The notes beneath the pieces were generated by a model. It made no database searches and was not told the origin of the DNA. It worked only from the letters and a program-made list of their open reading frames with translations. Made by a program: the position numbers and the translations under genes. From Verrucomicrobiia bacterium (lineage in GTDB: Bacteria; Acidobacteriota; Terriglobia; Acidiferrales; UBA7541): a stretch of DNA of 64,000 nt. The stretch is from positions 19,188-83,187 of the forward strand of contig DATJXJ010000082.1 in the NCBI GenBank assembly GCA_035500255.1. The letters are read 5' to 3'. Positions 27,516 through 36,374 of the stretch are shown here, one piece after another; position 1 is the stretch's first letter, and each line of letters starts with the position of its first letter.

Positions 27516-27920
27516 ATGCCGGACGTCGAAAAGCGCAACGAAGAGATCGTCAGGGCGTTCTTCGAGACTCTGAGTGCGGGCGAGCTCGAGAAACTGCGCC
27601 TGCTTCTGCACGAAGACGCCACCTGGGGAATCATGGTGACGGGAATTCAGGGCGCGGGCGACAAGCACGGCCGCAAAGAGATCATCGACGACTTTCTGAA
27701 GCCTATCCGGGAGGGCTTGTTCATTCCGGCCAATCCGAAGGTCGTGATTCAGCATCTTGTGGTGCAGGGCCAATACGCCGCGGTGGAAGCGAAGGGATTG
27801 GGAAAATTCAAGAACGGCAAAGACTACAACAATCGCTACGCGTTCTTTCTCGAGATCAAGGACGACAAGATATTTCACCTGCGCGAGTACATGGACAGCT
27901 ATTACGTGAGCACACTGTAG
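27516..27920 (+). CDS. SnoaL-like / NTF2-fold protein
   Basis: SD AAGGAGG lies upstream of ATG 27516. 'NEEIVRAFFETLSAGELEKLRLLLHEDATW' is a typical SnoaL-like N-terminus. Confidence 0.65.
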   Translation: MPDVEKRNEEIVRAFFETLSAGELEKLRLLLHEDATWGIMVTGIQGAGDKHGRKEIIDDFLKPIREGLFIPANPKVVIQHLVVQGQYAAVEAKGLGKFKNGKDYNNRYAFFLEIKDDKIFHLREYMDSYYVSTL

Positions 27921-27961
27921 AGCGCGCGCCTCGTCTGCTCTTTCGCTGCCCAGGCCATGGC

Positions 27962-28726
27962 CTACGCGCCGCCGTTAACCGTGGTTCCTCCGTCAATTCG
28001 CAAGATCGCCGCCGAAATATAGGATGCCTCAGGCGACGCCAGGAAAACCGCCGCCGCCGCGACATCTTCTGCCGTTCCATTGCGCCCGAGCGGGCATCTC
28101 TGCCGCCGCGATTCATACAGCGCGTCGTCGAAGTTGTTCATCGCGCGGGCGCCGGGAGTCGGCACAGTCCCCGGGCACACGGCATTGACACGAATGTGTC
28201 GCGGGCCGAACTCCACCGCCAGAGAGCGCGTCAGGGAAGACACTCCGCCCTTGATCGCCGAATACACAGTCGAGCGCGGCACTCCAAGCTCGGCGGCCGG
28301 GGAGGTGTTGTTGATGATCACTCCGCCTCGCTCCGGATCCATGTGACGCAGGGCCGCCTGCGCGCTCCAGAAAATAGCCTTCAACCCCACGTCGATCATC
28401 CGCGTCACGGTTTCCTCGCGGATTTCCGGAACCGGCTCGCGTTTGAAAACGATCGCGTTGTTCGCGACGATATCGAGCCGGCCGAATTCGCCCACGAGTT
28501 CATCCACGGCGCGCAGAAAATCGTCCCGCCGGCTGACGTCGATCGGAAATGCGCGGGCGGTTCCTCCGTTTTTCGCGATTTCGGTGACGGTTGCTTCGGC
28601 GGTCGTTTCGTCTATGTCCGCGACGCCCACGATCGCTCCCTCCGCTGCGAAGGCGAGCGCCATCGCCTGCCCGATTCCCCGGCCTGCTCCTGTCACGAAC
28701 GCAACTTGACCCTTCAGACGCGACAT
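27962..28726 (-). CDS. SDR-family oxidoreductase
   Basis: 'VTGAGRGIG' (TGxxxGxG), 'NNA', and 'YSAIK' (YxxxK). Confidence 0.9.
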   Translation of the reverse strand: MSRLKGQVAFVTGAGRGIGQAMALAFAAEGAIVGVADIDETTAEATVTEIAKNGGTARAFPIDVSRRDDFLRAVDELVGEFGRLDIVANNAIVFKREPVPEIREETVTRMIDVGLKAIFWSAQAALRHMDPERGGVIINNTSPAAELGVPRSTVYSAIKGGVSSLTRSLAVEFGPRHIRVNAVCPGTVPTPGARAMNNFDDALYESRRQRCPLGRNGTAEDVAAAAVFLASPEASYISAAILRIDGGTTVNGGA

Positions 28727-28746
28727 CGCTTTGCTCCCGACGAAAT

Positions 28747-30411
28747 TTACAAACTGACGGAAACCGCAGAGGCGGCCCTCACGCCGCCGGAGGCAACGCC
28801 ACTTCGCTGATCTTCCTTGATAAGGTCCGCGCCCTTTTCAGCGATCATGAACACGGCCGGGGCCGGTCCGGCCGACGGCAGCGCGGGCATGACCGATGCG
28901 TCGATCACTCGCAGCGACTCGACGCCGCGGACTCGCAATCGCTCGTCCACCACAGACATCGCGTCCTGCCCCATCTTGCAGGTGCCGCTGGGATGGCAGA
29001 ACGTGCTCGCCGCCCGGTAGAGAAACTGGCGGACGTCGTCGTCGGTGCGGCAGGCTTCTCCTGGCAAATCCTCGCCGAGCACCATCGAGCGGAGTGGTTC
29101 GGTGGCGAAGATCCGGCGCACCAGCTTCACGCCAGAGAGCAGACTTTCCTCATCGCTCGGCACGGAGAGATAGTTCGCGTGCATTTCCGGCGTCTGTTTC
29201 GGATTGGTCGATTTCAGCAGCAACCGCCCCCGCGATTTCGGCCGCGTGAATGCGACGCCTCCCGTCACTCGCGGAATCGGATCGGGCGAAAGGCGACCGC
29301 TCTTGTCGTAGACGTGGCTCATCGCCCGGAAGACGAGTTGCAAATCGGGGCAGGGCGTGTCCGCGGAACTGCGGGCCAGCGCCGTGGCCTGCGATGCGCC
29401 GTTCGTCAGGGGTCCGCGCTTCGCGACGTAGTAGGTGATCGCGTGGCCGAGCACCGAAAGTCCGCTGAGTTCGCGATTCAGCGAGTTTTTCGGCTCCGTC
29501 CGAAACGTGAGCTGCGCGGAGACGTGATCGTGCAGATTCTCGCCGATACCAGGGACGTCCGCCACGATGGAAATACCGAGTTGCCGCAGGTGTCCCGCTG
29601 GGCCGATCCCCGAAAGCATCAGGATTTGCGGCGAGCCGATGGCGCCCGCGCAGAGAATCACCTCGCGCGTGGCCTGCGCGTTGTGAATCGCCCCGCCGCG
29701 TTCGTATTCGACGCCCGTCGCGCGCCGGCCCGCCATCGACAGGCGCAGCGCGAACCCGGACGTTTCAACCGCAAGATTCGCTCGAGAACGTACGGGCCGC
29801 AGATACGCCTCGTACGCTGAATTGCGCTCGCCGTGGCGGATCGAATAGGGCATCAGGCCGATGCCCTCCGGAGACGCACCGTTGAGATCTGTCGCTTTCG
29901 GCAGGCCTGCGCGCAAGCCGGCTTCGATGAACGCACGAGCGATCGGGCTTACGAAAACGGGATAGCTGACCGTGAGCTTTCCTTTTCCGTTGGCCGATGC
30001 CCCGTGCAAATCCTCGCGGCGCTCCAGTTTTTGGAAATACGGGAGCACGTCCGACCAGCCCCAGCCGACGTTGCCGAGCGCGCGCCAGCCATCGTAGTCC
30101 TCCGCCTGGCCGCGAACGTACGCGCTGCCATTGATAGAGCTGCATCCGCCCAGCACCTTGCCGCGGGGCCAGAAAATTGTCCGGTTGTTGAGTTTCGCTT
30201 CAGGCTCCGTGTAAAGACCCCAGTTCAGCGTCGGGTGCGTGAAGAGCTTGCCCATGGCGAGGGGCATCTTGATCCATGGGCTGGTCGGCTCGGATCCAGC
30301 CTCGATCACCAGAACGCGAATGGACGAATCTTCCGTCAGCCGGGCAGCGAGGACACAGGCAGCGGTGCCGCCGCCGACGATGATGTAATCGAAACTGCGG
30401 GTTTCGGGCAT
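28747..30411 (-). CDS. GMC-family FAD oxidoreductase (choline dehydrogenase-like)
   Basis: 'FDYIIVGGGTAACVLAARL' FAD-binding fold and a C-terminal 'HPSGTCKMG' GMC signature. I prefer ATG 30411 over the TTG at 30444, which would overlap the upstream gene. Confidence 0.9.
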   Translation of the reverse strand: MPETRSFDYIIVGGGTAACVLAARLTEDSSIRVLVIEAGSEPTSPWIKMPLAMGKLFTHPTLNWGLYTEPEAKLNNRTIFWPRGKVLGGCSSINGSAYVRGQAEDYDGWRALGNVGWGWSDVLPYFQKLERREDLHGASANGKGKLTVSYPVFVSPIARAFIEAGLRAGLPKATDLNGASPEGIGLMPYSIRHGERNSAYEAYLRPVRSRANLAVETSGFALRLSMAGRRATGVEYERGGAIHNAQATREVILCAGAIGSPQILMLSGIGPAGHLRQLGISIVADVPGIGENLHDHVSAQLTFRTEPKNSLNRELSGLSVLGHAITYYVAKRGPLTNGASQATALARSSADTPCPDLQLVFRAMSHVYDKSGRLSPDPIPRVTGGVAFTRPKSRGRLLLKSTNPKQTPEMHANYLSVPSDEESLLSGVKLVRRIFATEPLRSMVLGEDLPGEACRTDDDVRQFLYRAASTFCHPSGTCKMGQDAMSVVDERLRVRGVESLRVIDASVMPALPSAGPAPAVFMIAEKGADLIKEDQRSGVASGGVRAASAVSVSL

Positions 30412-30422
30412 CTGGCGAAATG

Positions 30423-31343
30423 TCACTCCGTGGAGAAGCGCCAACTCTGCGCGTCGCGCACGACTCGGCCGACCGGTTCGTTGAAGTGAATCGCGAAGAA
30501 GCGGACGGGGCTATTCCCGTAGCGCGCGATGAAATCGCGGCGCGTCTGTCGCGACATGTCCTTATCCACGCAGGCCGCCGAGCAAATCTCCGGCTCGGCG
30601 AATTGAATCGGATTGTGAAAGACATCGCCGGTAACGACCGCTTCCTGCCCGCGCGACGAAACGTGCACGCTGACGTGCCCGGGCGTGTGGCCATGCGATG
30701 GCTCCAGCCAGACTTCGTCCATCAGCTTGTGATTCGTGTCGACGAAATCGGCCAATCCTGCGTCGATGATCGGCTGCACCGAATCGAGAATGTGCCGCAC
30801 ATCCTCGCTGTTTTCCTTCAGCACGTGCTGCCAGTAGGCCCATTCCTTGCGGCCAAATAGGTAGCGGGCCTTTGGAAACGTCGGCACCCACCGACCGTTT
30901 TCCAGCTTCGTGTTCCATCCGCAATGGTCGAAGTGAAGGTGCGTGCAAAGCACGAAATTGACCGAATCGGGATCCAGTCCCGCCGACTTGAAATCTTCCA
31001 GAAATGCCGTCTGAAGATTGGCACACTGCGGGAGCGCCCGCTCGCGATCGTTGCCCACGCACGTATCGATCACGATTCGCTGGCCGCGGACCTCGAGCAC
31101 AAACGCCTGCACCGCCAGAATGATTTCGCCAGCCGGCGAAATAAACTTCGGCACGAGCCAGTCATATTTCTTGTAGTGCTCCGCCGTTTCAGCAGGGAAA
31201 AGGGGCGCCCATGGAATCCGATCTGCCGATTCCATGATGCTCGTCACTTTCACGTCGCCGACCTGCCATCGGCGGATTCGTGACTCGCCTTTCTTGCTCT
31301 GCGGAGCCGACTGGCCCGTCGCCGCCGCCTCGTGTGCACTCAT
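30423..31343 (-). CDS. MBL-fold metallo-hydrolase
   Basis: 'CTHLHFDHCGWN' (HxHxDH) and 'SHGHTPGH'. Confidence 0.8.
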   Translation of the reverse strand: MSAHEAAATGQSAPQSKKGESRIRRWQVGDVKVTSIMESADRIPWAPLFPAETAEHYKKYDWLVPKFISPAGEIILAVQAFVLEVRGQRIVIDTCVGNDRERALPQCANLQTAFLEDFKSAGLDPDSVNFVLCTHLHFDHCGWNTKLENGRWVPTFPKARYLFGRKEWAYWQHVLKENSEDVRHILDSVQPIIDAGLADFVDTNHKLMDEVWLEPSHGHTPGHVSVHVSSRGQEAVVTGDVFHNPIQFAEPEICSAACVDKDMSRQTRRDFIARYGNSPVRFFAIHFNEPVGRVVRDAQSWRFSTE

Positions 31344-31383
31344 GATCCCCCCAACCGCGGATCCTTCTGTCCGCGCTCAGCCG

Positions 31384-32841
31384 TCACTGCCCCACTTCAT
31401 CCCAAATCCGATGCCCATGGGTTTCCTTTAGTAGCAACGCGCCCAGCACAAACGTTACAGACGCCACGACCATTGGATAGTAGAGCCCCGCGATGATATT
31501 CCCTGTCGCCGCGCACGTCCATAACCCGATCAGCGGCAGCAAGCCGCCGAAGACCCCGTTGCCGATGTGGTACGGCAACGAGAGCGACGTGTACCTGACC
31601 TTCGCCGAGAATGCCTCCACCAGATACGCCGCGATGGGCCCGTAGATCATGCAAACGTAGATCACCTGCACGAAGACCAGCAGCACGAGCACCGGGACAT
31701 TGGGGTTCGGCGCTTCCGGCGCGGGCACCAGCTTGTTCGTCGCCGGGTCGATGGTCATAGCGTTCAGATTGGTCGCTCCGGTTACCTTGTTGACCGTCGA
31801 CTTCAGCGCCACCACGTTGTTCCCCGCCGCGTGTTGCATCGTCTTGTAGATCGGGATGTACGTCACCACGGCAAGCAGGCACGCGGCAAGCATGAGCCAT
31901 TTTCGTCCGATCTTGTCCGAAAGGGCCCCGAATAGCGTGAAGAAGGGCATCGCACACAGCAGGGCAATCGCCACGATGATGTTCGCCGTCTTGTTGTTCA
32001 CCTTCAGGATGGTCTGCAGGTAAAACAGCGCGTAGAACTGCCCGCAGTACCACACCACGCCCTGTCCGGCCGTCGCGCCGAAAAGCGAAATCAGCACGCG
32101 CTTCAGGTTCTCCCAGTGCCCGAACGCGTCCCGCAGGGGCTTTGCCGAAGTTTTTCCCGCCGTCTTCATCGCCGCGAAGATCGGCGATTCCTTCATTCTC
32201 CAGCGGACGTAGAGAGAAATCGAAACCAGAATGATCGACAGCAGAAACGGCACGCGCCAGCCCCAGCCGTTGAAGTCATCCTTGCTCATCGAAAACTGCG
32301 TCGCCAGGATCGCCAGAAGCGAGATGAAAAGTCCCAGCGTCGCTGTTATCTGGATGAAGCTGGTGTAGAACCCCCGCTTTCCGTCAGGAACGTGCTCGGC
32401 CACGTAGATGACTGCGCCGCCATATTCGCCTCCCAGCGCCAGCCCCTGCAGCACGCGGATCACAATCAACGTCACCGGCGAAAACCAGCCCGCGCGCGCA
32501 AAGGTCGGCATCAGCCCGATCAAGAACGTCGACAGGCCCATGACGCTCAGAGTCACCAGAAACGCGTACCGCCTCCCGACCAGATCTCCGATGTGCCCGA
32601 AGAAAAGAGCGCCGAACGGCCGCACGACGAACCCTACGGCGAATGTCGCCAGATAGGCGATGTAGGCGAATGTATCGTTGCCCGGAGGATAAAACTTCAG
32701 CGCCAGCACGGACGCCAGGCTGCCGAAGATGTAGAAGTCGTACCATTCGATCATCGTTCCGACGCTCGAGCCGAAGATCACGCGCCCGATGCTGTACTCG
32801 CGGGTCCCTGCCATTCGCAGTTCCGCGGCAGTCGTAGCCAT
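31384..32841 (-). CDS. MFS transporter, metabolite:H+ symporter (MHS) type
   Basis: 'GTMIEWYDFYIFG' is an MHS-type N-terminal motif, and the protein has about 12 TM segments. SD AGGAG lies 7 nt upstream of ATG 32841. Confidence 0.85.
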   Translation of the reverse strand: MATTAAELRMAGTREYSIGRVIFGSSVGTMIEWYDFYIFGSLASVLALKFYPPGNDTFAYIAYLATFAVGFVVRPFGALFFGHIGDLVGRRYAFLVTLSVMGLSTFLIGLMPTFARAGWFSPVTLIVIRVLQGLALGGEYGGAVIYVAEHVPDGKRGFYTSFIQITATLGLFISLLAILATQFSMSKDDFNGWGWRVPFLLSIILVSISLYVRWRMKESPIFAAMKTAGKTSAKPLRDAFGHWENLKRVLISLFGATAGQGVVWYCGQFYALFYLQTILKVNNKTANIIVAIALLCAMPFFTLFGALSDKIGRKWLMLAACLLAVVTYIPIYKTMQHAAGNNVVALKSTVNKVTGATNLNAMTIDPATNKLVPAPEAPNPNVPVLVLLVFVQVIYVCMIYGPIAAYLVEAFSAKVRYTSLSLPYHIGNGVFGGLLPLIGLWTCAATGNIIAGLYYPMVVASVTFVLGALLLKETHGHRIWDEVGQ

Positions 32842-33007
32842 AAGGGCTCCTATGGGTCTCAAAAGAAGTGGGGTGCGGCTCTCGCTGGCGGCCTTCATAC
32901 ATATGCCGTGCCGGTGTTGTCAAGCGCGATGCTCGCAGGGGCAGATGCGGACCCGCGTGGCCTGCCTTTGATCGCGCCTTGGGCGCTGATCCACGCCTCG
33001 ATTGGGG

Positions 33008-34171
33008 TTAGATGGCCGCAGAGACGGCGATATCGGACAGCCGCTGGAAGCGCTCGATGTTGTCGACTCCGTTCATCACACCGGCCGTGAGGCATACGAA
33101 CGTCAGTTGTCGTTCTGGATCGACCCAGAAGAGCGAGCTGCCCGCGCCATAGTTGCCGAATGTCCGCGGAGAAGTGAGCGTGCCCAGCAAATTGTGGATG
33201 ATTTTCTCGCCGCGCACCTGGAATCCAAGTCCAAGATATGCCGGATACTCGCCCCAACCTCGAGGTTCGACCAGTTTCTTGTAAAGCTCATTGGGTTTGT
33301 CGCCGGTCCAGTTGCGGTTCGCCAAATCGAGAATCGCAGGCGAAAGAATTCGCGCGCCGTCGAGCTCGCCGCCTCGCCGCAGCATTTCAGCGAACCGGAA
33401 GAGATCGGAGCACGTGGAAACAGCGCCGAGCCAGGGCATCTCGGCGTCTTCTTCTTCGAATGCGCCGTTCGGCCCCAGATTGCTGTGGCCCGGGTGAACG
33501 GCTGGAAAGGGATCGATGAAGATGGGAATGATCTTGCGCGGCTTGAGGTCTTTGCGCACGCCGATGGATGTGTCTTTCATCTTCAGCGGCTTGAAGATCT
33601 CGTCCGTGGCCAACTGTCGATACGAACGCTTTTTCGGATCGGTCCGGCGGACGGCCTCGCCCATCAGCGCGTGCGCAGCCATGGGCGCGTAGTTGATCAC
33701 CTCTCCCGGCGCAGCGACGGAGTGCACATTCTCACAAATCGCCGCGACGATTTCGTCCAGCCGGTCGATGTACATGCCTTCGCGCGGAGTGAAGACGCTG
33801 GGCAGCCCGCTGCTGTGCGTCAGCAGATGAAAGAACGTGATCTGCTGGCGCTGACCACCGGAAAACTCCGGGATGATCTCGGAGACTCTGGTCGTGAGAG
33901 CGAATTGGCCGAGCTCGATCGCCCGCAACACGAGCACATTGGTGATGGCCTTGGTGGTCGAGAACAGGCTGAAGACGTGATCCTTCCTGACGGGCTTGCG
34001 CGTCCGCGGATCGATGAAGCCAATCGCATCATGCATGCCGACGACGCCGTGGCGAGCAACGATGACAACGCCGCCGTAGTAGCGGCCGCGTTTGACGTCG
34101 TCCTCGATCGCGGCCTTCAAATGCCGCAGGCGCACCGCGTCCAGCCCGTTTCGTTTCGCCCGACCAGCCAT
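33008..34171 (-). CDS. serine hydrolase (beta-lactamase / class-C-like esterase family)
   Basis: 'FSTTKAITN' SxxK motif. Overall length of 387 aa fits the family. Confidence 0.8.
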   Translation of the reverse strand: MAGRAKRNGLDAVRLRHLKAAIEDDVKRGRYYGGVVIVARHGVVGMHDAIGFIDPRTRKPVRKDHVFSLFSTTKAITNVLVLRAIELGQFALTTRVSEIIPEFSGGQRQQITFFHLLTHSSGLPSVFTPREGMYIDRLDEIVAAICENVHSVAAPGEVINYAPMAAHALMGEAVRRTDPKKRSYRQLATDEIFKPLKMKDTSIGVRKDLKPRKIIPIFIDPFPAVHPGHSNLGPNGAFEEEDAEMPWLGAVSTCSDLFRFAEMLRRGGELDGARILSPAILDLANRNWTGDKPNELYKKLVEPRGWGEYPAYLGLGFQVRGEKIIHNLLGTLTSPRTFGNYGAGSSLFWVDPERQLTFVCLTAGVMNGVDNIERFQRLSDIAVSAAI

Positions 34172-34191
34172 TCGATGTCGCTCCCGACGGG

Positions 34192-34398
34192 TTACTTGCG
34201 GAAAAGAAAAGTGAGCAAGAACAGGATCAGTCTGAAATTCAGAAGCCGCAACGCGTTGCGGGCCTCGCGCGGCGTCAGCTTGGCCGTCAGCGGCATCGAG
34301 CCGAACACTTTGCCCTTCATCACGAGTTTGCCGTCCGCGCTCTCGAGCGAGGTGATCTGCATCAGCTCGCTGTTATCCTGCCCGTAGAGCTTCATCAT
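34192..34398 (-). CDS. small (68 aa) C-terminally anchored protein
   Basis: The start is nested in the upstream stop (ATGATGA at 34392-34398). The hydrophobic tail is 'LLNFRLILFLLTFLF'. Confidence 0.4.
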   Translation of the reverse strand: MMKLYGQDNSELMQITSLESADGKLVMKGKVFGSMPLTAKLTPREARNALRLLNFRLILFLLTFLFRK

Positions 34399-35978
34399 CG
34401 CTGCTGGCCGATCTTGTCGAAGTCGATTTTCAGGTCTTCGCACATCTTCATCGCCGTAGCGCGGCCAGCGCCGAAGACGCCGCCGCCCGGATGCTGGAAC
34501 GGTCCAACGAGATAGAGCCGGTCGACACCGGGTACCGTGTTCATGCCGAGATCAGGCGTCGGGCGATGCGCGCCGGATTGGTACAGGTACGGCGCGGCAC
34601 CGTGAAGGTCGCCGCGTTGAAAACTCTCCGAGCAGCGCTCCAGATCCAGAGGACTGTCACAAACGTAGGCGATGATGTTCTGCGGCGTCAGGTTTTCGCA
34701 GAATTTGGCCGTCCGCTCGATCATGGTGCGCGCAAATGCGTCTTTCGCCTTGTCCCAATGCTGCGGTCCGCCGTCGGGATGCGAGTAGGGAACATAGTCC
34801 CAGATGTGGAATGTCGATTTGCCCGGAGGGCAGCGTGTCGCGTCGAAATTCGATGGGCATGCGACGCCCAGCAGCGCCGTGTCCGGTATTCGCCCGTATC
34901 GCAGCGCGTCGAAATACTGCCGCAGGACGGTCATGCTTCCCGGGATCAAGTCCGTGAAGTAGGACTTGCTGACGTGAGGTCCGGCCTTGAACCGCAGCGG
35001 CTCGTTCAAAGCTCCGTGCACTGTGAAGCATGAATTTGCCGATAGCTCCACGCGCTCTGCGTCGCGCGCGACCCGTGAGTCGACTCCCGGGACGTATTTC
35101 CCCAGGAAGTGTGGATGGAGCGAACCGATCACGCCGTCCTTAGCCAGATACTCGGCGCCATCGGCAGTTCGCACACCGGCGGCGCGGCCGTTCTTGACCA
35201 GCACCTGCTGCACCGACGTCTTGTTGACCACTTTCCCGCCGTGGTCCTCGATGCAGCGAACGAGAGACGCCGTCAGCGCGCCGCTGCCGCCCACGGCCAC
35301 ACCAATGCCGTAGGTTTCCATAAAGCCGAGAAAGACGAAGATGCCGATGCCCGTGCCCTTTTCTTCGGGCCCGGTGAGATTCTCCGAGACCATGCGAACG
35401 AGAAACAAGCGCACTTTCTCGTTCTCGAAATTGTCCATGATGATGTCGTAGGGGCTCTTCTGCATCAGTGCAAACAGCTCGCGCCCTTCGGCGCTCTGAT
35501 CGAGCATGGCGAGCATTGCACCCATCGGCGGAGGCGGCGTGTAGAACGAGGCGGAAATCATCGGGAGATATTTCATCGCCGTTTCCGCGAATCTCAGATA
35601 TGTCTCCGCATCTCTCTTGGAGAATCGCGAAATCTCCTCGTAGTTCTTCTGCCGGTCGCGATAAAGGCCGAGCGTCGAGCCGTCTTCAAAGACGACCATG
35701 AAGGGTATTTCCGGGTAAACATATTTCAGTCCGTAGCGCGAGAGCAGCTTGAGCTCGTCATTCTTGATGAGTGGGTTGCCTTGAATGAAGATGTGGCCCG
35801 TGCTGAACCGGTCATGCAAGAAGTCCGGGCCGGTCAGCTTGGCTGTGACCACGCCTCCGCCGAACCATTCGTTTCGCTCGAGTACGAGGACGCTTTTTCC
35901 AGCCGCGGCCATATAGGCGGACGCGACCAGGCCATTGTGGCCGGAGCCGATTGTGACGATGTCGTAGTTGGATGGCAT
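34395..35978 (-). CDS. FAD/NAD(P)-dependent oxidoreductase (phytoene-desaturase/amine-oxidase fold)
   Basis: Dinucleotide-binding N-terminus 'YDIVTIGSGHNGLVASAYMAAAGKSVLVLE'. Confidence 0.85.
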   Translation of the reverse strand: MPSNYDIVTIGSGHNGLVASAYMAAAGKSVLVLERNEWFGGGVVTAKLTGPDFLHDRFSTGHIFIQGNPLIKNDELKLLSRYGLKYVYPEIPFMVVFEDGSTLGLYRDRQKNYEEISRFSKRDAETYLRFAETAMKYLPMISASFYTPPPPMGAMLAMLDQSAEGRELFALMQKSPYDIIMDNFENEKVRLFLVRMVSENLTGPEEKGTGIGIFVFLGFMETYGIGVAVGGSGALTASLVRCIEDHGGKVVNKTSVQQVLVKNGRAAGVRTADGAEYLAKDGVIGSLHPHFLGKYVPGVDSRVARDAERVELSANSCFTVHGALNEPLRFKAGPHVSKSYFTDLIPGSMTVLRQYFDALRYGRIPDTALLGVACPSNFDATRCPPGKSTFHIWDYVPYSHPDGGPQHWDKAKDAFARTMIERTAKFCENLTPQNIIAYVCDSPLDLERCSESFQRGDLHGAAPYLYQSGAHRPTPDLGMNTVPGVDRLYLVGPFQHPGGGVFGAGRATAMKMCEDLKIDFDKIGQQR

Positions 35979-36120
35979 CTGCGTTCCTGTTTTCAGCCGG
36001 CGATCGAAAGATGCGAACGCCGACGATCATTGCGTTTGATCGGGAGCGCAGTCTGTTACAGGTTGGTTCCTCGTTCAACCATTTTCTGCCGGCATCGGGC
36101 AGCAGGCCGCGGCTGGCCCG

Positions 36121-36161
36121 AAAACAAAACAGGGCTGCCGTGTGCGTGCAGCAGCCCTGCA
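36121..36161 (-). terminator. Rho-independent terminator
   Basis: The minus strand reads CAGGGCTGC-(12 nt)-GCAGCCCTG, a perfect 9-bp GC-rich stem, followed by TTTTGTTTTC. Confidence 0.75.
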
Positions 36162-36189
36162 TGTGTGTCGAATCTGGATGTGGGTGGAG

Positions 36190-36246
36190 CTACTTCTTCT
36201 TGGCTGGCTTTGCCGCCTTGGCCTGCTTGGCTGACTTCTTCGCCAT
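36190..36246 (-). CDS. 18-codon Lys/Ala-rich micro-ORF (MAKKSAKQAKAAKPAKKK)
   Basis: GGAGG lies 7 nt upstream of the ATG, followed by 18 sense codons and TAG. The terminator begins about 30 nt downstream. This ORF is too short to appear in the supplied ORF track. Confidence 0.45.
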   Translation of the reverse strand: MAKKSAKQAKAAKPAKKK

Positions 36247-36292
36247 TCGGATGCCTCCTGCGTCGGCTGTGCCCCCTGGGGCAGTCGCGACT

Positions 36293-36321
36293 GTTATAAG
36301 CAATTTCGGCGTCAATATCCA
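36293..36321 (-). promoter_or_regulatory. sigma-70-type promoter candidate for the micro-ORF
   Basis: On the minus strand, TGGATA-(17 nt)-TATAAC. The predicted TSS is about 40 nt upstream of the micro-ORF ATG. Confidence 0.35.
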
Positions 36322-36374
36322 GCGTTCGCGCAGGCGAATTGGGCGAGGCGGCAATCCGGGCCCGCGCCCGGCGC

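Noticed and set aside
36190-36246. Classical amino-acid attenuator (Lys leader peptide) interpretation of the micro-ORF
   Set aside because: The downstream operon is catabolic, not lysine biosynthesis or transport. I also could not find an alternative antiterminator pairing competing with the 9-bp terminator stem. I kept it only as a minor alternative.
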